Position numbers and translations under genes: made by a program
Assembly (NCBI GenBank): GCA_028698185.1
Contig: JAQVDW010000039.1
Coordinates: 1 to 12,711, forward strand
Source: Erysipelotrichaceae bacterium
GTDB taxonomy: Bacteria > Bacillota_I > Bacilli_A > Erysipelotrichales > Coprobacillaceae
Direction: 5' to 3'
Length of the DNA stretch: 12,711 nucleotides
Shown here: positions 6,993 through 12,711 of the stretch, piece by piece
Position numbering within the stretch: position 1 is the stretch's first letter
How the letters are laid out: every line of letters starts with the position of its first letter
The notes under the pieces: generated by a model
Databases searched by the model: none
Told to the model about the DNA's origin: nothing
Seen by the model: only the letters and a program-made list of their open reading frames with translations

Positions 6993-7004
6993 GAACATAT
7001 GTTC
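6993..7004. promoter_or_regulatory. Second operator-like perfect palindrome GAACATATGTTC just downstream of P1
   Basis: A 12-bp perfect palindrome with the same ACATATGT core, 38 bp (core to core) downstream of the copy overlapping the -35. It sits around the expected transcription start and early leader. Confidence 0.45.
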
Positions 7005-7044
7005 AAAAAGAATTGTCGGCACTGCCGGGACGTGATGGAACAAA

Positions 7045-7236
7045 ATGGCAAACAACACAAGCGGGTCCAATCGGATTCATTTCAAATGTGCCAATTGCAA
7101 TGATATAATTGATATCGAGGTTGATCAAAAACGTCAACTGTATGCCAGGATCGCCAGGTCGATTGAAAAGTCTTATCAGCGAGGTTGTCGCCGGCGAGCT
7201 GATTTTAACGGGCTTTGCCCCAAATATCAAAAATGA
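7045..7236 (+). CDS. Possible small Cys-containing protein (63 aa; FKCANCND...GCRRRADFNGLCP), uncertain
   Basis: Its stop overlaps an ATG at 7233 as ATGA (a coupling-like arrangement), and it has four Cys including one CxxC. There is no SD before 7045. A second CxxC-containing short ORF (6999-7103) overlaps it in another frame. Confidence 0.3.
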   Translation: MANNTSGSNRIHFKCANCNDIIDIEVDQKRQLYARIARSIEKSYQRGCRRRADFNGLCPKYQK

Positions 7237-7250
7237 AAAGGATAAAGCTT

Positions 7251-8087
7251 ATGAGCGTAAAAATAACAACACTAATTGAAAACAATCCCGACCAAAAACA
7301 GGAATTTCTGGCTGAACATGGTTTGGCCTTGTACATTGAAGTTGATGGCTTGAGGATCCTTTTTGATACCGGGCAGTCCGGCAATTTTCTGGAAAATGCA
7401 ATCAGAATGAATATTGATTTGAACAAGCTCGATTACATTATCATTTCCCATGGTCACTATGACCATGCCAATGGCCTGATTGAACTGTTGGCCAAAATTA
7501 CCACGAAACCGACGCTGATAGTTGGCAGCGAGTTCTTCAGGAAAAAATACAAGTTGCTTGATGATGGCAAGTACCGTTACAATGGCATCAATTTTGATGA
7601 AAGCTTCATTTCCACGAAAGTTCCCGTCATCAAGGTTCATGGCGAATGTTATCGCCTAAGTGAAAATGTGACAATTTATCATCATTTCGATAGGACAAAC
7701 GATTTTGAAGTTCTTAACAGTAAATTTTATTATCAAGATGGGGATCAAAAAGTCAGCGATGATTTTGCCGACGAAATTGCCTTGGCGGTCAATTCGCCAG
7801 AGGGCCTGGTTGCCATTGTGGGATGTTCCCACGGCGGCGCGGTCAACATCTTGAAAACAGTCGCAGCGAAAAACCGGGTTCCATTGTACGGGGTGATTGG
7901 CGGGACGCATCTGGTTGAAGCCGATGCCCGGCGGATCAACCGGACGATAGCAGTTTTTAAAGAAATGAACTTGAAAATGGTGGCGGTCTCCCATTGCACC
8001 GGGGAACAGGGCCTGAAGGCGGTTCAAGACCAAATGCCAGAACAGTTTGTTTTCAACAATACTGCCAATGTGATTGAGTTGGATTAA
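7251..8087 (+). CDS. MBL-fold metallo-hydrolase, COG1237-like (278 aa)
   Basis: The metallo-beta-lactamase motif IISHGHYDHANGL is present, along with later GCSHGG and SHCTG blocks. The N-terminus MSVKITTLIENN is typical of the COG1237 group. The start is taken at ATG 7251 (an AAGGA-like SD lies 8 nt upstream). ATG 7233 and ATG 7215 are alternatives. Confidence 0.85.
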   Translation: MSVKITTLIENNPDQKQEFLAEHGLALYIEVDGLRILFDTGQSGNFLENAIRMNIDLNKLDYIIISHGHYDHANGLIELLAKITTKPTLIVGSEFFRKKYKLLDDGKYRYNGINFDESFISTKVPVIKVHGECYRLSENVTIYHHFDRTNDFEVLNSKFYYQDGDQKVSDDFADEIALAVNSPEGLVAIVGCSHGGAVNILKTVAAKNRVPLYGVIGGTHLVEADARRINRTIAVFKEMNLKMVAVSHCTGEQGLKAVQDQMPEQFVFNNTANVIELD

Positions 8088-8169
8088 AAATCCCAAACTG
8101 TTTATCGAAAATATTGTATGGGCGCCATTTTTGATGGAGCCAGGATGAAAAATGAAAAGGAGAATTAAA

Positions 8170-8475
8170 ATGCCAGCAAGAGATGGAAGCGGACCAATGT
8201 CTCAAGGTCCAAGAACAGGAAGACAAATGGGCAATTGTGCCCCTAATGACAATCAAGGAATGAACCGGCCAGGATCATACAATCAAAGAAGAGGTCAAGG
8301 CGGTTATTCTTGTTGCGGCTATCCGCGGCGTCAACGTTTTTTTAATCGGGGGTTTGCCAGTTCTCAAGGCAACGATTTTCAAAAAGAAGCGTTAGAACAA
8401 GAAGCGGCAGATTTGGAAAGTCGATTGAACGCAGTCAAAGCGCAGTTGAACCTTTTCGAGTCTGACGAAGACTAA
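8170..8475 (+). CDS. DUF5320-family protein (101 aa): disordered G/P/R/Q-rich N-terminus plus a C-terminal coiled coil
   Basis: N-terminal MPARDGSGPMSQGPRTGRQMGNC matches the DUF5320 signature (MPxxDGTGPxGxGPxTGRGxGxC) as I remember it. C-terminal EALEQEAADLESRLNAVKAQL has heptad character. The start is at ATG 8170, after an AAGGAG SD (8157-8162). Confidence 0.8.
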   Translation: MPARDGSGPMSQGPRTGRQMGNCAPNDNQGMNRPGSYNQRRGQGGYSCCGYPRRQRFFNRGFASSQGNDFQKEALEQEAADLESRLNAVKAQLNLFESDED

Positions 8476-8507
8476 AACAAAAGAGGGCGTTTTAGCCCCT
8501 TTTGTTT
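8475..8507 (+). terminator. Terminator-like hairpin between the DUF5320 and DUF134 genes (possible partial terminator or attenuator)
   Basis: AAACAAAAGAGGGC (8475-8488) pairs with GCCCCTTTTGTTT (8495-8507) with one bulge. The 3' arm is T-rich. Confidence 0.45.
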
Positions 8508-8518
8508 AACAAAATAAA

Positions 8519-9013
8519 ATGCCAAGACCTGTTAAATGGCGGAAAATAGCGAAATTACCCCAGTTTGACTATTTTCATCCCGGACAAAGACCGGATCAGG
8601 ATGTTGTTGAAAACTGTCTGAAAATTGAAGAATATGAGGCTTTGCGGCTCAAGGACTTTGAGGGTTATGACCAGGACGAGTGTGCCAGGTTGATGGAGGT
8701 GTCCCGGCCAACTTTTCAGCGGGTTTTGTTTAAAGCCAGGCATAAAGTCGCTGACGCTTTGATCAACGGCAAAGCTATCAGAATTGAAGGCGGGAACTAC
8801 ACTAAAAATATTTGTACGTTGGTTTGTCGTGACTGCGGCAAAGTCTGGCAAGAGGGAATTGAAAACTTGCAGTTGAAGAATCGGGATGGATACATGTGTG
8901 GTGACTGTGGGTCGCAGCATATTGCATGCTATAACAACTGCATGACCAAAGCCAACAATTCTTGCTTGATTAAAAATCATCAAAAAGGGCGGCGTCAGGG
9001 CCAAGGATTCTAA
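8519..9013 (+). CDS. DUF134 (UPF0251) family putative DNA-binding protein with a Cys-rich C-terminal extension (164 aa)
   Basis: MPRPVKWRKI...FHPG...LKIEEYEALRLKDFEGYDQDECARLMEVSRPTFQRVLFKARHKVADALINGKAIRIEGG matches the DUF134 pattern (a sigma-70 region-4-like HTH). The C-terminal tail carries CTLVCRDCG...CGDCG...C..NC. Confidence 0.85.
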   Translation: MPRPVKWRKIAKLPQFDYFHPGQRPDQDVVENCLKIEEYEALRLKDFEGYDQDECARLMEVSRPTFQRVLFKARHKVADALINGKAIRIEGGNYTKNICTLVCRDCGKVWQEGIENLQLKNRDGYMCGDCGSQHIACYNNCMTKANNSCLIKNHQKGRRQGQGF

Positions 9014-9023
9014 CTTTCAAATC

Positions 9024-9054
9024 AAAACCACCGGTTGGAAAAACCGGTGGTTTT
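9024..9054 (+). terminator. Rho-independent terminator ending the MBL-DUF5320-DUF134 operon
   Basis: AAAACCACCGGTT (9024-9036) pairs with AACCGGTGGTTTT (9042-9054); a GC-rich 9-bp core plus a T-run. Confidence 0.8.
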
Positions 9055-9538
9055 ATGCTTGTATTTCTTAATTGTTTCGCCCGAAGCTGTCTTAATAGGC
9101 TATTTTTTAACGGCTTTGATTAAGGCCATCCTAACTGAGAGGTTGTTTTTCCGCCGATGACTTATAAGCTCGAGAGGTTACTTCGTTTTTGTCTTTGGCG
9201 ATTTCGCCGACAGTTCCAATATCCTGATTCATATGCCAATGTTCGGCTCGCCTTGACCGGTCAAAATGTCCCGTCATAGCTATCCAAGGAACCGAAAATA
9301 TGGTCAATGCCACCAGGGGTCATCACATTTTCCGTTTTTACTGCCCTCGGTTTTGTGATGATGATTCCAAAGCGGATGGAAAAAACTCTAAAATGATGGC
9401 ATCGCCCTTAAAAACATATGCCGATTATGTTGTTGCTTTTGATTTGTGCCACAGCTGTTCATATCTTGGGTTGGGGGCTAATAGTCATGTGATTGGAACT
9501 TTTGCACCTTAAATACAAGCATGTGTGGCTGGCATATT

Positions 9539-9571
9539 GTTATTGACATATGTCCATTACGGGTATAAGAT
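9539..9571 (+). promoter_or_regulatory. Promoter P2 of the flavin reductase gene, carrying the same 15-nt block as P1
   Basis: GTTATTGACATATGT (9539-9553) is identical to 6950-6964. It includes TTGACA (9543-9548), with -10 candidates TATAAG (9564-9569) or TAAGAT (9566-9571). An AAGGTG element follows the -10 at the same relative position as in P1. Confidence 0.55.
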
Positions 9572-9604
9572 AAGGTGGAAAAGAATTTAAAGGAGAAAAA
9601 ACAA

Positions 9605-10096
9605 ATGGATAAAAAAGAAGCGTTGAAAAAAGGGGCCCTTCAGCCCGCACCAAAAGTATTGGTTACCTGTCGCAACAATAAAGGCGAAGATAATGCCCTT
9701 GCGGTTGGATATTGTGGAAACTGTTCCTATGCCCCTCCGATGGTAATGGTCGGCATCGTGCCTTCCCGTTATTCTTATGAAATGATCAAGGAGTCGGGTT
9801 GTTTTGTGGTCAACCTGGTTGATGAGTCGTATCGCGAAGAGTTTGAATACCTTGGCAAGGTTTCCAAGCGCGACTGTGACAAGTTAAAAGAAAAAAATAT
9901 CCGACTTGGTGAAGGCAAGGTGGTCAATGCTCCAATTCTAAGCGATTGCCCCGTCAACATTGAGTGCACGGTTGTCGATTCGATTATGACCGGATCCCAT
10001 GAAATGTTCATCGGCAAGGTGGAGTATGTCCACGGCAACGGGGATATCGTTGATGAAAATGGTTGCATTGATTTTTCTAAAATAAATTTTTTATAA
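9605..10096 (+). CDS. Flavin reductase-like (Flavin_Reduct / split-barrel FMN-binding) family protein (163 aa)
   Basis: PKVLVTCRN.KGEDNALAVGY...PPMVMVGIVPSRYSYEMIKESGCFVVNL...DKL...NAPILSDCPVNIECTVVD...GSHEMFIGKVEYVH is typical of the family. The start is at ATG 9605, after an AAAGGAG SD (9589-9595). The track's GTG at 9575 lies at the promoter and is rejected. Confidence 0.85.
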   Translation: MDKKEALKKGALQPAPKVLVTCRNNKGEDNALAVGYCGNCSYAPPMVMVGIVPSRYSYEMIKESGCFVVNLVDESYREEFEYLGKVSKRDCDKLKEKNIRLGEGKVVNAPILSDCPVNIECTVVDSIMTGSHEMFIGKVEYVHGNGDIVDENGCIDFSKINFL

Positions 10097-10238
10097 AGGG
10101 TCGATGAATGGATAACAGCCATTAATATTGAATTCGCAAAGTAAAATCAAACATGTCATAAGATTGTCAGTGGCAAGGTCGAAGATGACATCCTGCGGGG
10201 CGTCGATGGTTATCGAGTCGGGATTCTTGATGGTGATA

Positions 10239-10922
10239 TCATTTGACCTTCAATTCCCAAAATGTTTGAGACAACTCAAAAAGCGTCGGATTCCAAACCG
10301 GAATATTGCCTAAAATCATCAAATGCAAAATCAAGATGATGTCGGTCAATCTGTTGCCTGACAATCAGGATGATCCGGTATTATGGCGCGTCCGACTATG
10401 GCCAATGCGATCAAACAGTTTTACAGCGATGTTATCTTTGGTGAACTGAATATCAGGTGCCTTTGCTTGACAAGATTCCTCCTGATCCGGATGTGGCCAG
10501 AATAGTTTAGTGTCAACCTTATTGAAAAAGGGACTCTGCAACTTGTCCATGGTCCAGCCTCAAAAGAGACTACGGCAAATTAAATAAAACGCAAATACCA
10601 AATCAAAGACTCGAAGCATATCAAGCGCCGGGTCTTTGGTTGTGATTGTTAAAAAATCAAGGACCATTGATTGAAGTGTTTGAATGGCCGCATGTTTCAG
10701 GAACGTGCGAAATATGATTCGAAGTAATCTTAAACAGCAGATATTTGTTTTAGTTATTGGCGCCAATCCCCTATATATCGTTTTATCTTTTTCATTATCT
10801 TGTTTCCTGAAGATCTATGATTGTATCGCCAGTCTTGCTCGTAAAAATTGGTGGCACATCATTTTTTTAAACTCATCCTTTATCAAGTATCGAAAAAAAG
10901 ACGGAGAATATGCATGATCCAA
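10239..10922 (-). pseudogene. Possible decayed reading frame (228 codons in one minus-strand frame with three internal stops), product unknown
   Basis: Hand translation shows that track ORFs 10560-10766 and 10365-10550 and their flanks share one frame. That frame is interrupted only by TAG (10817-10815), TGA (10562-10560) and TGA (10367-10365). The composition is AT-rich, and I recognise no family. Confidence 0.2.
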
Positions 10923-11015
10923 TCAAGAACGCTTCACGTAACAGCGTAAATAGCAGTCAATACTAATTAATTTCTAAAAAAAAAGACCCATTAATCCGAC
11001 CTGATATCATTCATG

Positions 11016-11041
11016 GGTAGTGTCAATATTTTTGTGTAAAT
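11016..11041. repeat. IS terminal inverted repeat at the transposase 3' end: GGTAGTGTCAATATTTTTGTGTAAAT
   Basis: Matches the reverse complement of 12357-12382 at 21 of 26 positions. It is followed by an inner 13-mer GTAAAATTAGTTC (11044-11056) whose exact reverse complement occurs at 12304-12316. Confidence 0.75.
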
Positions 11042-11071
11042 TAGTAAAATTAGTTCTTCTGATGATCTTGA

Positions 11072-12271
11072 CTATTCGTCTTCCATCAGGAACCATCGCT
11101 CGTATGAGATTCCTTTGAATCCCTTGTGGGTATGGTTCATGAATTTTTGGTTATATTGCTCAAATTGCGAAACGATGTATTTTTCGGCTGCTTCCTCATT
11201 TGGAAATTGTTCCTTAGCTTTGATTTTTCGCTTGAGCTGCTTGTTGAAACCCTCAATCAGATTGGTTGTATAGATACTCTTGCGTACCGATTCAGGGAAC
11301 AAATAGAATGTGAATAGGTTCGAGTTCTATTCAAGTGATTTAGCAACTTTTAGGTATTTTTTACCCCACTTGCTTATGAATTCCTCAAGCTCTTCACTTG
11401 CTGCTTTTTCAGTTTCGCAATTGTAGACGCGTTTAAAATCCTGTGCAATCTCACTGCGGTCATTAACTCTTACTTTGGCTACAATGTTTCTTGAAACATG
11501 CACCAGGCAGCGTTGAATTTTGGCCATCGGAAAAGTGTCTTCAATGGCGTTCTCAACGCCGGTTAGTCCGTCAGTGCAAAACAAAGCAACTTCTTCCATG
11601 CCACGTGTTTTGAACTCTTCAAACAATTCCCGCCATGTTGTCGCAGATTCGGTTGGCGCAATTGAATATCCCAGTATCCCCTTTGTTCCCTCTAGAGTTA
11701 TGCCTATAGCGATATGAACTGCCTCTTTAGACACGGTATCCCGTCGCAAAGGAATGACAGTAGCATCGGTATAAACAACTGCGTATTGCTTGTTTAACGG
11801 TCGATTTTTAAAGGCTTCAACATGGGCAACTATTTCCTTGGTGATATTGGAAACAGTCTGTCTGGAGTATTTCTTGCCATAGATGGATTCAACAGTTTTG
11901 ACAATGTCACTGTTGGTCATCCCAGAATTAAATAGATCGATGACAGTGTTGGTGGTAGCCAAATCGTTTCGCTGATATTTGGGTACCAAAGGTGAATCAA
12001 AGTCACCTTGACGGTCACGGGGTATGCGCAGGTTCAACACTCCATATTTGGTATTGTAATCGCGGTTGTAATAGCCATTTCTTGAATTCGAATTCTCAGA
12101 TCGGTCGTATTTCTCGTAATCAAGAAAAACGGTAAGTTCGGACTTCAAAATATCGTTGATGGCATTCTCCAATTCGCTCCGGAATAGTTCTGAAACTACT
12201 TGCTCAAAGGCAGGGAGATTATTGTCATTTGATATTAGACTTCATAGTATTGGTGTTGTAAAATAGTTCAT
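11072..12271 (-). pseudogene. IS256-family (Mutator-type) DDE transposase, 399 codons, interrupted by two in-frame stop codons
   Basis: Track ORFs 11327-12172 and 11072-11302 are in the same frame as an upstream ATG at 12271 (GAGAGG SD). Family blocks are present: RNGYYNRDYNTKYGVLNLRIPRDRQGDF; VVYTDATVIPL (D); LFCTDGLTG (D); YTTNLIEGFNKQLKR (E). In-frame TGA at 12244-12242 (codon 10) and TAG at 11329-11327 (codon 315). Confidence 0.85.
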
Positions 12272-12356
12272 GGGTGTAATCCTCTCGTAAATTGTTTTTC
12301 GTCGAACTAATTTTACAAGGGTTACGCCCTTTTTTCTACTTAAAAGTTGAAATCCT

Positions 12357-12382
12357 ATTTACACAAAATATTTTACACTATC
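12357..12382. repeat. IS terminal inverted repeat at the transposase 5' end (reverse complement GATAGTGTAAAATATTTTGTGTAAAT)
   Basis: Pairs with 11016-11041. About 40 extra bp (12317-12356) separate it from the inner 13-mer, compared with 2 bp at the other end. Confidence 0.75.
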
Positions 12383-12414
12383 TATTAAACAGTGGGAGAA
12401 TATCTATATGTATG

Positions 12415-12462
12415 AAAAAAGAATCCGGGGACAATTTATTTATGTCTTCGGATTCCTTTTTT
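12415..12462. terminator. Bidirectional terminator-like hairpin just outside the IS
   Basis: A-run (12415-12420), then GAATCCG (12421-12427) pairing with CGGATTC (12449-12455), with additional inner pairs, then a T-run (12457-12462). Confidence 0.5.
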
Positions 12463-12552
12463 GAGTTCTTGAATTTCGTTGACCGTGAGAGACTCGTTTT
12501 ATTAAAGTTCCACTTCCGTTGTAAAATTGTGGTAAACCAATTTTAAAATAAC

Positions 12553-12576
12553 AAAAAACGGCCTAATATAGCCGTT
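12553..12576 (-). terminator. Terminator-like hairpin oriented for minus-strand transcription
   Basis: AACGGC (12557-12562) pairs with GCCGTT (12571-12576). On the minus strand it is followed by TTTTTTGT. Confidence 0.4.
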
Positions 12577-12646
12577 ATCTTTCATATGGTGCGATATGGT
12601 TAATCGTTGTCGAACTATTTTCAATTTTCTAATCGTAATTAGTTAT

Positions 12647-12674
12647 GTGTTGATTATAAAAATCAACACTTTTT
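12647..12674 (+). terminator. AT-rich terminator-like hairpin
   Basis: GTGTTGATT (12647-12655) pairs with AATCAACAC (12661-12669) across a 5-nt loop, followed by TTTTT. Confidence 0.35.
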
Positions 12675-12711
12675 GCGTTTAGATCATTGAAAATTGAATA
12701 GGTTATTGATT

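Larger units (their letters stand above)
11016..12382 (-). mobile_element. IS256-family insertion sequence (about 1367 bp), probably inactive
   Basis: A Mutator/IS256-type transposase frame is flanked by 26-bp imperfect inverted repeats (21/26 match) whose inner part ATTTTGTGTAAAT resembles IS256-type ends. The length is typical for the family. Confidence 0.8.

Noticed and set aside
7272-9004. Minus-strand ORFs 7272-7640, 7656-8096, 7745-7999, 8053-8256 and 8555-9004
   Set aside because: They are antisense to the MBL, DUF5320 and DUF134 genes, which carry family signatures. They have no ribosome-binding sites.
9131-9512. ORFs 9131-9313 (minus) and 9300-9512 (plus) as genes
   Set aside because: They have no SD, and the minus ORF needs a GTG start with two stops immediately upstream. 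Neither sequence matches a recognisable family. I treat them as part of a possibly degraded spacer (see findings).
9575-9604. GTG 9575 as the start of the flavin reductase
   Set aside because: It lies within or right after the predicted -10 and AAGGTG element of promoter P2, so it is probably not in the mRNA or is at its extreme 5' end. ATG 9605 has an AAAGGAG SD.
11327-11329. In-frame TAG (and TGA at 12242-12244) in the transposase as recoding events (pyrrolysine, selenocysteine or an alternative genetic code)
   Set aside because: TAG and TGA clearly act as stops elsewhere in the window. The C-S lyase ends in TAG at 6901-6903, the transposase itself ends in TAG, and the serpin, the KAP NTPase and the first ORF end in TGA. 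No pyl or sel genes or SECIS-like context was seen. Nonsense mutation in a decaying IS is the simpler reading.
12407-12463. 18-codon micro-ORF (MYEKRIRGQFIYVFGFLF) with an upstream GGGAGA
   Set aside because: It coincides exactly with the arms of a terminator hairpin, so the open frame is most simply a by-product of that structure.
12292-12546. 84-aa plus-strand ORF
   Set aside because: It starts inside the IS end and crosses the terminal inverted repeat and a terminator hairpin. It has no SD and an AT-rich, junk-like composition.
12603-12625. Similarity of GTCGAACTATTTT (about 12608-12620) to GTCGAACTAATTTT inside the IS (12301-12314), as a possible second IS end
   Set aside because: Only about 12 nt match, in AT-rich sequence, and there is no adjacent terminal-repeat-like GTGTAAAT block. 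It is too weak to call.
1-12711. CRISPR arrays, tRNA or rRNA genes, and long tandem repeats
   Set aside because: Reading both strands, I found no regularly spaced direct repeats, no cloverleaf-like segments and no rRNA-like conserved blocks.

Overview
This 12.7-kb window has Gram-positive-style signals (GGAGG-type Shine-Dalgarno (SD) sites, hairpin plus T-run terminators). It holds about 11 confident protein genes and one insertion sequence. Layout from left to right: (i) A three-gene operon (265-2195, +) encodes two small, very acidic proteins followed by a KAP-family P-loop NTPase with no visible membrane segments. This is my best candidate for an undescribed conflict or defence-type module. 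(ii) A convergent, membrane-anchored bacterial serpin (2246-3499, -). (iii) Single genes: a COG2426-type small membrane protein, a GNAT acetyltransferase, and an XRE-family regulator divergent from a MalY/PatB-type PLP C-S lyase. (iv) A visibly lower-GC block with an operon of an MBL-fold (COG1237-like) hydrolase, a DUF5320 protein and a DUF134 protein, plus a separately transcribed flavin reductase. The two promoters share an identical 15-nt block containing the palindrome ACATATGT. (v) Two stretches (about 0.5 kb and 0.9 kb) that contain only broken reading frames. (vi) An IS256-family element (11016-12382) with 26-bp imperfect terminal inverted repeats. Its transposase frame is intact apart from two in-frame stop codons. 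I saw no rRNA, tRNA or CRISPR array. All calls come from hand reading of motifs and hand translation; no database search or structure prediction was possible.
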